53,305 nucleotides of DNA, taken from positions 1 to 53,305 of the IMG/VR virus record IMGVR_UViG_3300001199_000286; one strand, written 5' to 3'. The notes beneath the pieces were generated by a model, which did no database searches, was not told the DNA's origin, and worked only from the letters and a program-made list of their open reading frames with translations. Of the stretch, positions 38,361 through 47,442 are shown piece by piece (within the stretch, counting starts at the first letter, position 1; every line of letters starts with the position of its first letter). The translations under genes and the position numbers were made by a program. This DNA comes from a virus (Duplodnaviria; Caudoviricetes).

Positions 38361-38542
38361 TAGATATTTTCTAATTGCTTAATCACTTCATCCGTAAAAC
38401 CATATTTCAATGCTTCAATACCCTTATCAGTGATTTTGAAACAAAATTCACCAAACTCATCTATTGAACACATATCCACAAGTCCAGCAGTCTCCATCGT
38501 ATACAAAATGTCGCCAATTTCTTTTTCTTTATTTTTCTTCAT
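38360..38542 (-). CDS. Small winged-helix-like protein
   Basis: L..ME..GLV...FKITDKG. Confidence 0.5.
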   Translation of the reverse strand: MKKNKEKEIGDILYTMETAGLVDMCSIDEFGEFCFKITDKGIEALKYGFTDEVIKQLENI

Positions 38543-38550
38543 AAATTCCC

Positions 38551-39045
38551 TTAGTTAGCTTCACCAATAATACGATCCATATGATCATCTAAATCTGTCT
38601 TTTCATGGAAAATGTCATTTCCTAATTTGTCCATGGATTTTCTTAAAAAATGTCCCAAAGATTGAACATTTTCATGGTTCTTATCCCAAGCCTTCAAATG
38701 TTGAACCAACATTTTAACATCGCATTTAGCAGCATTAATTGCTTTTTTAGCAGCAATCACAGTTGCATCTGATTTAGTCTTTGCTTCGGCTTGCTTCTCT
38801 GTACAACCCCCATTCGATTTGTAATTGTCATAAACTTGACCATAAACAAGATCATAGTCAGCCTCTAAATCAAATAGTTTCTTTTCAAACTCGGCAAGTT
38901 TCCGTCCAAAATAATCAACCCAAGAATATTCTTTTTGAAGATAATCGCTTAGGTTGTTTTCATTAAACTTAAAATTGACAGGATCAATTACAATTTGCTC
39001 CCCATCAAGATTCAACGTCTTCTTAAAAATTGGTGCTATTTCCAT
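38551..39045 (-). CDS. UvsY-like recombination mediator
   Basis: Helical 164 aa with TEKQAEA motif, directly downstream of replicative helicase. Confidence 0.55.
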   Translation of the reverse strand: MEIAPIFKKTLNLDGEQIVIDPVNFKFNENNLSDYLQKEYSWVDYFGRKLAEFEKKLFDLEADYDLVYGQVYDNYKSNGGCTEKQAEAKTKSDATVIAAKKAINAAKCDVKMLVQHLKAWDKNHENVQSLGHFLRKSMDKLGNDIFHEKTDLDDHMDRIIGEAN

Positions 39046-40565
39046 TATTGTCCACCATTTCCTTCTTCTTCTTTATTATAACCTAATTTATCAAGCGGTT
39101 TTTTCTTCTTCTCAAAATCTTTTTCAACATTTTGAGTCTTCTTCTCAGCAATTGCATTCATTCGAGAATAATATATCTTCTCCGCAACTTCTGTCATGTT
39201 AAGTGTCCCGCCACTATAATCAAACTCAACATGAAAAGGAAACTTACTGATTCCTTTTCTGTGTTTTATCACAAACACTCTACCTAACTCAACAGACTTC
39301 TCTACAGGAAGTTGATTAATCGACCAAAAAGCATCCAATGGCTTGTATTGATCAAAACTAGTTCCAATGTTCGATTCATCTATGTATTGAGTAATATCTA
39401 ATTCAGAAGCTGTTCTATTGGGTTGAATACAAGTGAAAGTGCCATGCTTCTCACGAATACCAAAACCACGTAAATCTCTCAAAATTCTAAATCTGGATTC
39501 GTGAAGTTCTAAACGTGGATCATCCTTCATTTCGCCCACGTAATCCACTATCATTAAATCAGGCTTCCACCCAATTCTTGTCACTAATTGACTATGAAAA
39601 GCTCTCACTCCATTAACATCGAGTTCACCACCAGGAAATTGTTTAACAATCAATCTATTTTTGTCTTCTGAATCATCGGTGAATGTTTTCAATAAATCAA
39701 TAATACTCTCTTTCTCTCTAACCAGATTATTGATACTGAAACCAGTGAACATGCTGGTGAAACGCTCAGCAATACCTACTTCATCCATTTCCATGGTCAG
39801 ATACAATACTTTATGACCACGTTTAACGTTCTCTACAGCCCCTTTAACTAACGCCAAACTCTTACCTGTTCCAGGTAGACCAATCCATGAAGCAAGCTCT
39901 CCACGCTTAATTCCCTTGCTTGAAAGGGCATTGTCAATTGCCATGAAACCAGAAGTGAAAATGTCTTCTGGTTTCGTTTCATCTTCCATTCTTTCAAACA
40001 ATGCGTTTGGATTGATAAAATACTCCAAACCATTGTCATAATTTTTGTCAATGCTGACAGCTTTCATTGTCTCATCAATGATAAAATTCCAGACATCTTC
40101 ACTGTCTGGATCTTTTTTAAGCTTCTCCAAAGACTTATAAAAAGCTATTTTTACCGCTTGTGTCTTGGCAAAACTGATGATTTTATCAACTAATGCGTCT
40201 CGGCTCTCTAAACCTGGAACATAATAATCATAACATTGTTCCAATTCTGACAAATAATGAAGTCTGATATTCGCATCAGCTTCTTTTAACCCATCATGAA
40301 CTTCTTGCTCTAAAAAGAATTTTTTAGGGATAGAATTGTATTTATCGTAATACTTAAAAAGTTTACCAACAAAGAAAATGTGAGATTCGTTGGAAAAATA
40401 CTCAGGTTTTATCTTATCTCTAGCTTGGGTTAAAAAATACTGGTCACTGAGAAGCATCCCAGTAAGATTTTTTTGAAATGTCTCAGACCAATTAAACTTA
40501 ACTGTGGGTTCATTTTTACCAGAAAGGTTATCTACAATACTCAAATGCTCGTTCGTTATATCCAT
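39045..40565 (-). CDS. Replicative helicase (DnaB / T4 gp41-like)
   Basis: GLPGTGKS, YLTMEM, IVKQFP, IVDY, QPNR, KHR.G. Confidence 0.92.
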   Translation of the reverse strand: MDITNEHLSIVDNLSGKNEPTVKFNWSETFQKNLTGMLLSDQYFLTQARDKIKPEYFSNESHIFFVGKLFKYYDKYNSIPKKFFLEQEVHDGLKEADANIRLHYLSELEQCYDYYVPGLESRDALVDKIISFAKTQAVKIAFYKSLEKLKKDPDSEDVWNFIIDETMKAVSIDKNYDNGLEYFINPNALFERMEDETKPEDIFTSGFMAIDNALSSKGIKRGELASWIGLPGTGKSLALVKGAVENVKRGHKVLYLTMEMDEVGIAERFTSMFTGFSINNLVREKESIIDLLKTFTDDSEDKNRLIVKQFPGGELDVNGVRAFHSQLVTRIGWKPDLMIVDYVGEMKDDPRLELHESRFRILRDLRGFGIREKHGTFTCIQPNRTASELDITQYIDESNIGTSFDQYKPLDAFWSINQLPVEKSVELGRVFVIKHRKGISKFPFHVEFDYSGGTLNMTEVAEKIYYSRMNAIAEKKTQNVEKDFEKKKKPLDKLGYNKEEEGNGGQ

Positions 40566-40597
40566 TCACGCCTCATATTAAAATTTATCTATAAAAC

Positions 40598-40626
40598 ATC
40601 ATAGAAAAATTTATTAACAAAATCAA
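40598..40626 (-). promoter_or_regulatory. Sigma70-like promoter of helicase operon
   Basis: TTGATT-N17-TATGAT. Confidence 0.65.
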
Positions 40627-40628
40627 CG

Positions 40629-41099
40629 TTAAGACAAAACTAAACTAGTCTCAAACGACTTAACATCTAGAGCCACACCACTTTCGGTATATTTCATTTC
40701 CCAACCAATATTTTTTGCAGCCATCAATGGAACAATAATTTTTAAGTTAGAAATTAACTTAGGATCATTTTGTGCTTTATCCCAAGACAACCAAAAACAT
40801 TCTTCTGTTTCATTTTCTGGCTTTTTAAGCTCTGTAAAATCACAATCAATCCGAATACAGTGAACAATACCACCTTCAAAAAAGATTTTACCACAATAAA
40901 GAGAGTTGAAACCTACAACCCCAGACTCTTCTTCAAGCTCACGAAAAGCAGCCTGTTCAGGAGTTTCTCCAGGTTCTATTTTTCCGCCGGGAAGATTATA
41001 TTTGCCCGCCTGCCAAAATGGCCTATCTTTTTTGATAAACATACACATCATAGGGCTACGAATTTGGACAGGATTCGCATAAATCAAAACATATTCCAT
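40629..41099 (-). CDS. NUDIX hydrolase
   Basis: GGKIEPGETPEQAAFRELEEESG Nudix box. Confidence 0.93.
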   Translation of the reverse strand: MEYVLIYANPVQIRSPMMCMFIKKDRPFWQAGKYNLPGGKIEPGETPEQAAFRELEEESGVVGFNSLYCGKIFFEGGIVHCIRIDCDFTELKKPENETEECFWLSWDKAQNDPKLISNLKIIVPLMAAKNIGWEMKYTESGVALDVKSFETSLVLS

Positions 41100-41114
41100 C
41101 TAAATCTCCTAAAG

Positions 41115-41525
41115 TGTAAAATATTGAGGCTGGTTCAGATTAAGCTAGAAGGCTTCGGAACTATACCTACGCAGCCATATTTAGTGGCGTTTTGTCGCAT
41201 TAACGATATAGATTACGTCTAGAAATAAGTCTGCTAGTTTGTTATTTTTGGTTCCAGCCTCACTACATTATTATGGGCCTACTTTACTTCAGTCCGGCCA
41301 ACACTTGGTGCTGGTAACACCAACTTGACGTGCCCGATGGGAGTTACACCCATACTCCTTCGCAAGACTTCATTTTATACCGTTCGTGCGGCTCCACGGC
41401 TCTCAATAAGACTCGAAATAAATAAGGGGAGACGAATGATTTTTAGATTCGTCTCCCCTTTCAATATAATATATTCCTGGTAGTTGTTGACCAACATACA
41501 ATACAGGAGTTAAACAACGGACATT
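41115..41525 (-). ncRNA. Structured non-coding region with tRNA-like T-arm and tmRNA-like tag frame
   Basis: ATGGG-TGTAACT-CCCAT-CGGGCAC (41330-41353); 9-bp long-range stem 41125-41133/41254-41262; frame DKTPLNMAA* (41167-41196). Strand not certain. Confidence 0.45.
41416..41460 (-). terminator. Strong hairpin, probable terminator
   Basis: 14-bp stem 41424-41437/41447-41460 followed by ATTTATTT on minus strand. Confidence 0.65.
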
Positions 41526-41532
41526 AATATAA

Positions 41533-42042
41533 TTATCGTAACCAAACAGTGAAATAATTCACTCTCTCACCAGCCACAAAACTATCAATCCGAATCAAAG
41601 TGTCATCTTTGAATGCATGCCAAAAACCACTTTGTTTATTATCTACATATAAACCTTCTGATACTTTCTTACCAAAAGTATCAAATAACACACTATAACC
41701 ATCTAAAACATCGCCACGATAAGTAAGTGTTTGGTAAACATGACCATTGTCATAATAAGTCCAAACACCTTCTTTTTTATTATCAACCAAGAAACCATTG
41801 GCAGTCTTGCCATTACCAAAATCTACAGTTTCAAGATGAAAATCAGGGGTGTAAGCAGCCTTCTTTGGTTCCTCTGTTGCCTCCAATTGGATTTCTTTCA
41901 ATTCAGGTTGAATAAAAGTAACTTGACCTTCATCCTTTGAAATAATGGGCTTTTCATCTTTTCCATATTTAGTTGTTAATACCAAAACAAATAATGTGGA
42001 AATTGCTGCGGTGACTAAAACTATACCGAAATTACTTTTCAT
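41533..42042 (-). CDS. Membrane-anchored MORN-like repeat protein
   Basis: N-terminal TM; G.W.YYDNG...Y....LDG...G...SEG.Y repeats. Confidence 0.7.
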   Translation of the reverse strand: MKSNFGIVLVTAAISTLFVLVLTTKYGKDEKPIISKDEGQVTFIQPELKEIQLEATEEPKKAAYTPDFHLETVDFGNGKTANGFLVDNKKEGVWTYYDNGHVYQTLTYRGDVLDGYSVLFDTFGKKVSEGLYVDNKQSGFWHAFKDDTLIRIDSFVAGERVNYFTVWLR

Positions 42043-42059
42043 ATTAATCCTCTCTTTTT

Positions 42060-42248
42060 TTAACCGTTTTTAATTTCTTCAACAATAAGTTTTTGTCCAC
42101 TATGGACACACTTTTCAGTTTCTTCTCCGCCTTTTAATCTAATGGGTGGATTCCATTCAGTCGGTTCGCCACCTGGAGATTGCGTCAAAACAGCAACAAT
42201 TGCGTTTTCTCGACTGTCGGTGTTCTTGATTTTAATACTAATGGTCAT
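42060..42248 (-). CDS. Hypothetical protein
   Basis: GAGGA RBS; same AGAGGATTAATATG context as 41533..42042. Confidence 0.65.
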   Translation of the reverse strand: MTISIKIKNTDSRENAIVAVLTQSPGGEPTEWNPPIRLKGGEETEKCVHSGQKLIVEEIKNG

Positions 42249-42264
42249 ATTAATCCTCTTTATG

Positions 42265-42846
42265 TTAATTGGTCATGGCTAAATAATCAAACTCTGAAAT
42301 AGATACCTGTCCATTTCTAATAGACTTTTCTTTTGTTATTTTTTTACCAAGTGTTTTTTGTTTATTCCAAATAATAGATTTACAATAAGTTGTAAACTTA
42401 GCATCAATAATAAGTGGAGCAAAAGGACAAGGTTGTTTTTTCTCTGGGGCCAATTTTATTAAAGTTTTCAACATCTTTTCTTGATATTGACCAAACTTTT
42501 GACGATTGGCTCCATGACGTTTTCTATTGTCCCACAAATGACGTAGCTCTTTCAAGACCAATATTAAAAAATTATCTTTTAAGTATTTTTCACAAACCAC
42601 AAAACAACGCTCAATGTAAACTTGTCTTTTGTGATAGCTACCAGCGTGAATCAAACAAAATTGAAGATCCTGGTTAATGTCTTCTACTTCTTCTACACAA
42701 TTGTTCTTTGAATTTTTCTTTTTTAGTTGGTGGGCCGCGTAATAGCACAATTTACCAAACTGCTCAAATAAAACATTATACTCTTCTGTAGATACTTTAT
42801 ATTCTAGAAATATGTCGTTTAACAAATCATTTTTGGGACGAGGCAT
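42265..42846 (-). CDS. Possible minimal sigma-factor-like protein (region 2 only)
   Basis: EDINQDLQFCLIHA and AKFTTYCKSIIWN resemble sigma70 regions 2.2 and 2.3-2.4. Confidence 0.4.
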   Translation of the reverse strand: MPRPKNDLLNDIFLEYKVSTEEYNVLFEQFGKLCYYAAHQLKKKNSKNNCVEEVEDINQDLQFCLIHAGSYHKRQVYIERCFVVCEKYLKDNFLILVLKELRHLWDNRKRHGANRQKFGQYQEKMLKTLIKLAPEKKQPCPFAPLIIDAKFTTYCKSIIWNKQKTLGKKITKEKSIRNGQVSISEFDYLAMTN

Positions 42847-44155
42847 TCTTTCTCCTTATCAATTTTAAATTATTTAAGTTCCTGCCTCCTTTACAAACAA
42901 CCCTTAATTTTAAGCCCTTACAAAGTTCGCTTTCCGAGGACAAAATAGCATCAGCCTGTTTATAAACTTCTTGCCACTTGTCTTTATGTACAGCCAGATA
43001 ATATCCATCATGCACATAAAGGGGAATTCTAATATCTTGTTTTAGCTGATTATATAGTAAAATTAATTTTTCCAAACAAATTATTGCAGCAGGACTTTGA
43101 ACAACGAAATTTCTAACAGCCCATTCTTCATCGCTCTTAAAATTTCGTCTTCGGCCAAAATAATCCAAACAAAAGGAGTTTTTGCGGAAAAAAGTAAGTT
43201 GATCATGCACCCAATTTAATGCGGTTTCAAACTTGGAATAGATGCGATCTGATACTTCATTCGCGGTTAAGGTCGTATCTGAATTTTTTAATTTTTCAGA
43301 CAGAGTAAACGAGGTCTGTCCATATATAATCGGCAAAAATATATTTTTTACTAGATTTCTTTCGTTTAATTCACATTTTCGCTCAAATATCTTCTCAAAA
43401 ATCAAAGAATATAAATCTCCGCCGTCGTTAATCACGCTCTTCAAAGCTAAATCTTGACTTAACCATTGTAGCACAAATACCTCAAAACCATTGAAGTCAA
43501 AATACAAAAAAATCTCATCATAATTTGCGGAATAATGCTCTTTAGCTGCTGAATCCAAATTCAAAGGGCTAAAACCCCTAGTAAAAGCTTTGTATGACTT
43601 TAACCTGCTAGTTTTCTCTGTAATATCATAATAGGCATGTTGGGTAATTTTCTCGTTATTATTAACCAAACCCGTGGTTTCAATATGCGGAAGAACATTT
43701 TTAATCAATGGAGAATAGACGTTTTGATAGATTTTTAGGACTTGAGGTAGATCTGTGGTGTCAGCTTTAATCCTATTGAGTCGTTTAAGGGCCTCAGCGT
43801 ACGTTTTGGGAGGGTTTAGGTACTTAGCCTCATAGTATTCCAAGATTCTTAGGTCACGTAGATTACAAGCGATTTCTAAAGGGGTTTTGACGAAGTAGTT
43901 GAAGTAAGATAGCAGATTTTTAAAATTCCAACCCAACAAGAATATTTCTTTATTGTTAAATAAGCATATTTTTAAATCTGACCTAAGTTTAACCACACTG
44001 GCTTTATCAAAAACAATCTGCAGAATTTTCTCTTTAGAAGAGATATTGAGGGTGTAAACATCATTTTTTGTGAAATCAATAATCTCTTGTTCACAGTAAA
44101 TATAAAATATCTTGGATTCACTTTTAAGAACTAGGTCGAAAAGCTCTGTATTCAT
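42827..44155 (-). CDS. Short divergent family-A DNA polymerase
   Basis: Motif A YFDFNGFE, motif B RNLVKNIFLPIIYG, GRRR, NFVVQSPAA, motif C VHDG. Confidence 0.85.
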   Translation of the reverse strand: MNTELFDLVLKSESKIFYIYCEQEIIDFTKNDVYTLNISSKEKILQIVFDKASVVKLRSDLKICLFNNKEIFLLGWNFKNLLSYFNYFVKTPLEIACNLRDLRILEYYEAKYLNPPKTYAEALKRLNRIKADTTDLPQVLKIYQNVYSPLIKNVLPHIETTGLVNNNEKITQHAYYDITEKTSRLKSYKAFTRGFSPLNLDSAAKEHYSANYDEIFLYFDFNGFEVFVLQWLSQDLALKSVINDGGDLYSLIFEKIFERKCELNERNLVKNIFLPIIYGQTSFTLSEKLKNSDTTLTANEVSDRIYSKFETALNWVHDQLTFFRKNSFCLDYFGRRRNFKSDEEWAVRNFVVQSPAAIICLEKLILLYNQLKQDIRIPLYVHDGYYLAVHKDKWQEVYKQADAILSSESELCKGLKLRVVCKGGRNLNNLKLIRRKNASSQK

Positions 44156-44162
44156 GGAATTG

Positions 44163-44190
44163 AGTATAAAGCAAAGAACATCGAAAACAA
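44163..44190 (-). promoter_or_regulatory. Promoter giving a probable leaderless polymerase mRNA
   Basis: TTGTTT-N16-TATACT, 7 nt before ATG 44155. Confidence 0.5.
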
Positions 44191-44229
44191 AGAGTAATTT
44201 ATTAAGTTAATTTTAAAGTTTTTGTTTAA

Positions 44230-44718
44230 AATCCGAGGGGCGATACTAGAAGATGTAGTTGTTATTAACTTATTATATACTTCTAATTATATTGGGAATA
44301 TAACAAGACATATCTTTTAATTAAGATATGATATAGTGTTAAAATCATGTGGTGATTAAACCACCAATTACACTTTATAATAACAAACAACTACAGATTC
44401 AGCATTGCACGAATTTAGGTGCCAATTTATCTTTCATCAAGATGTATGTGCAGGTTTCTAAAATATACTTATTGTTCTTATGCTCGGTACAACCTATAGT
44501 TGCTTAACACATAAGAAATCGCCATTTTTGGCAATAAGTGAAACGTATCCTGCTGCTATAACAGTGTTAGGGCCTCGTTTACCCTCACCTACTCGTCAAT
44601 TATGCAGACGTAGCTAGTTTTAGGCGATATTTCTGTTTTTAGGGGCATACCATATTACAGAGATAAAGAAGGGATCGTGCCCTTACACAGTGAATTTATA
44701 GTGTTTTATAACCGAATA
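44230..44718 (-). ncRNA. Candidate large structured ncRNA (or replication origin)
   Basis: No ORF in track across 618-bp gap; many nested 8-10 bp stems; upstream TTGTGT-N17-TATTAT (44725-44753). Confidence 0.55.
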
Positions 44719-44773
44719 ATCCTTATAATAGTGTATTCGTTTAACTAACACAATAGGATTTTTTCTATTTTTA

Positions 44774-45481
44774 TTAGAAACTTGGAGCAAAGGGATCTAC
44801 CTCACCAAATTTTTTAGCATCAGTAGACGATTTAGCCCCAATATGTTGTACTATAGATCGTGCCGTAACAAATACAGGTATTTTAAGTTGTTCTGCAATA
44901 CAACCCAAAATGAGATCCCCAGGTGTGTCCCATACCCTTCCCGTCAACCCATTATAAGCTTGTGCTTTTTCAATAATACTCATGTGCCATAAATAGTTTT
45001 TTAATGTCTGAACTACTAATTGTGGAAAATAAATACACTGCTGGCCAACAATCGGACCAGCTTGTTGGTAAACATCTCTATCAAATACAAATTGTTTTCT
45101 AGTATTGAATACACTTAGTATGTATTTATCAATTCCATCTTCTTTTATCATCCTAGCCAGACGTATAATTTTTAAAATTGCGTCGTCGTGAAATATAACA
45201 TCATCTTCCATAATAATGTTGTCATATTTTGGAGAGATAGTCCTACACCAATTATAATTTATTCTTCTTTCTGGACTCCAATTTTTAATATTTTCCCATT
45301 GATTTTGTGGCATAGGATGTATTATAATATTTTTGTTTTGTTTATAGTGTTTTAAATAAGACCAATCAGGACTACCAGGGAAAATATTTACTGGTCCTGT
45401 ATACCCACTGGCAAACAAACTGCTCAAAGTAGTGTGGATGTAAGGTCTATTCCAACTGATAAAAGATAAACAAAGATTCAT
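44774..45481 (-). CDS. GT-A glycosyltransferase-like protein
   Basis: RPYIHTTL.SL, IIMEDD, SIVQHIG..S. Confidence 0.7.
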   Translation of the reverse strand: MNLCLSFISWNRPYIHTTLSSLFASGYTGPVNIFPGSPDWSYLKHYKQNKNIIIHPMPQNQWENIKNWSPERRINYNWCRTISPKYDNIIMEDDVIFHDDAILKIIRLARMIKEDGIDKYILSVFNTRKQFVFDRDVYQQAGPIVGQQCIYFPQLVVQTLKNYLWHMSIIEKAQAYNGLTGRVWDTPGDLILGCIAEQLKIPVFVTARSIVQHIGAKSSTDAKKFGEVDPFAPSF

Positions 45482-45497
45482 AAGGATATTATAGTAA

Positions 45498-46187
45498 GTG
45501 AATTATCGTCTTGACTCTGCTGTTATTTATGGAATGAACCAACTCGAAACTAAAGCATATTATTTATGTCTAGTTTGGTTGGATTTGTCCCGACATTATT
45601 TTCCTAAATACAATCATTTTAAAGTTAAAAAAGGAGATCCTAGAAAGTCCACATTATTCAAGTATTGTCATACTTTAATCAGAAAAACTTGGGGCAAACT
45701 GCCTGAATCGGATTATCATCTTTATGTTAAAGCCCAGTTAGTTATATTAAAAGCTGTGGGAGAAAAAGAAAATGTTTATGTTAGGGTTGAGCCAAATTGT
45801 CTATTAGGAGAAAAAGCTTGGAAGCGTTGGAAAGTATTCAAAAAGAAATATGATGCAAAATTGAAATTTATAGATGATATCAAAGTAGAAACACCAGAAG
45901 GTGTAGTTAAGGAATCTTTACTTAGAAGTCATAAATTTTTAAAAAAACACCTGCCAGAATTTACAATCGAAAAATTCCAAGAATTAAATAAAACACAAAT
46001 TGTTTTGAAATGGATAATTTTAGGGCAAATTAGTCAATATTATGCTTTGATTTGCCCATTTATTAAGCATTCTATTTCTGAAGAAGAATTGGCTAAAAAA
46101 TTGAACTATGATTTGAGTGTATATAAAAGCTCAATTAATTTGAATATCATAGAGTGGTTTGATAAAGAAATATGGTTGAAACCTTAA
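45498..46187 (+). CDS. Hypothetical protein
   Basis: 229-aa ORF, no recognisable motif. Confidence 0.65.
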   Translation: MNYRLDSAVIYGMNQLETKAYYLCLVWLDLSRHYFPKYNHFKVKKGDPRKSTLFKYCHTLIRKTWGKLPESDYHLYVKAQLVILKAVGEKENVYVRVEPNCLLGEKAWKRWKVFKKKYDAKLKFIDDIKVETPEGVVKESLLRSHKFLKKHLPEFTIEKFQELNKTQIVLKWIILGQISQYYALICPFIKHSISEEELAKKLNYDLSVYKSSINLNIIEWFDKEIWLKP

Positions 46188-46873
46188 TTGGTCCAGATAA
46201 CCTCTTCATATTTTTTATTGCTAGCGTTAGATACGCTTTGAAAAGTGGCAAATTCTAACCATTTAGCACCACTTTGTTCACAAACAATTGTTTGTCCTTG
46301 TCTTTCTTTGCACCATGTCCCAAGATGGTTGTAATTTATAGCATTATTTTTATATCGTTTTCCTGCTTGAACATATGGAGGGTCAATGAACCAAGTACAT
46401 TTTAATTTCAAATCTATTTCTTCATAAGATTTTTTTTCTATTTTCCAATGTCTAATTGAATCAACTTGTTTGGCAAGTAAAGCTCTTTTACGTTCAGTCC
46501 AATTTCCGCCTCGTGATTTAGACAATGGATAACGAGAAGCAGAAGTTTGAGATTCTGTTAGCCAGAATCCAATTAAAATTTTTGCTTCTTCGGCTATTTT
46601 ACAGTCAGAAATAGGGAATTCTTTGCAAAATTCCTGTCCATTGTTATTGAGGGGTAGAGTAAGTATTTCCTCTTTTTTTGCTTTGATCAAGTAATTCCAT
46701 AACGCAACTACTGGTTCATAATTGTCATATAGAATTACTTGTTTATCTGGATATAATAAAGAATACCCAGCAGCCCCTGCAAATGGTTCAATTATAATGT
46801 CATAAGATGGTTTTGGATAATATTTTGCCATCCTATACTTTGAGCCAAAGTATGAAAAAAATGGATGTAGCAT
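46184..46873 (-). CDS. Short DNA adenine methyltransferase (Dam/D12-like)
   Basis: FSYFGSK, EPFAGAAGYS, FIDPPY, EVIW. Confidence 0.88.
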   Translation of the reverse strand: MLHPFFSYFGSKYRMAKYYPKPSYDIIIEPFAGAAGYSLLYPDKQVILYDNYEPVVALWNYLIKAKKEEILTLPLNNNGQEFCKEFPISDCKIAEEAKILIGFWLTESQTSASRYPLSKSRGGNWTERKRALLAKQVDSIRHWKIEKKSYEEIDLKLKCTWFIDPPYVQAGKRYKNNAINYNHLGTWCKERQGQTIVCEQSGAKWLEFATFQSVSNASNKKYEEVIWTN

Positions 46874-46879
46874 ATTCCT

Positions 46880-47347
46880 TTAAATTTCTTTAAACCACTC
46901 TAATGGTACTGTCTTCACAGATTGGTAGTTGCAACTATTTGTACTTTTCACCATATTTCTAGGTTGTTTTAATAATGTGTCAATCATAGTTGAATCAATA
47001 GTAGCGGCTCTAGTTTTAGACCCTTTGAAGCCGTTGATTTCAACTGCGTATTCAAACCCTTTATCTGTGTAGTTTCTAATAGTTCTTTCATTGATGTATA
47101 TCCCGCTTCTCAAACAGCTAGAGTCCCATCCTTCTTTAAACTTATCCGAAGTCCATCCTGAGTGATTTGGAAACCCTTTGCGTCGGGCTTCTACACATAT
47201 TTCTTTCCCATTTCTTTCAATAATGCCATCTGTATCACCATTATCTTGGTCTTTTTGAAGCTTGATAACTTTCGCATTGGTTTTGGAGGCATAATTTTCA
47301 ATTAATCCCCGCTCAGCTATTTTTTCTTCAATTGGTTGGAACAACAT
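46880..47347 (-). CDS. Putative PD-(D/E)xK nuclease
   Basis: E...DTDGII......CVEARRK; 6 bp upstream of the methyltransferase. Confidence 0.45.
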   Translation of the reverse strand: MLFQPIEEKIAERGLIENYASKTNAKVIKLQKDQDNGDTDGIIERNGKEICVEARRKGFPNHSGWTSDKFKEGWDSSCLRSGIYINERTIRNYTDKGFEYAVEINGFKGSKTRAATIDSTMIDTLLKQPRNMVKSTNSCNYQSVKTVPLEWFKEI

Positions 47348-47391
47348 AAATGCCCTTTCAAATAGGTCTAATCAACCCAATTAATTTATAT

Positions 47392-47428
47392 AAAAAAAGA
47401 CCCTATATCAATATTGATATAGGGTCTT
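47392..47428 (-). terminator. Perfect 32-bp palindrome / terminator
   Basis: AAGACCCTATATCAAT|ATTGATATAGGGTCTT (47397-47428) followed by T-run on minus strand. Confidence 0.8.
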
Positions 47429-47442
47429 GAAGAAATAAATGT

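Noticed and set aside
44230-44718. RNase P RNA or self-splicing intron
   Set aside because: No GAGGAAAGUCC-type P4 motif, group II domain V, or interrupted exons found by eye.
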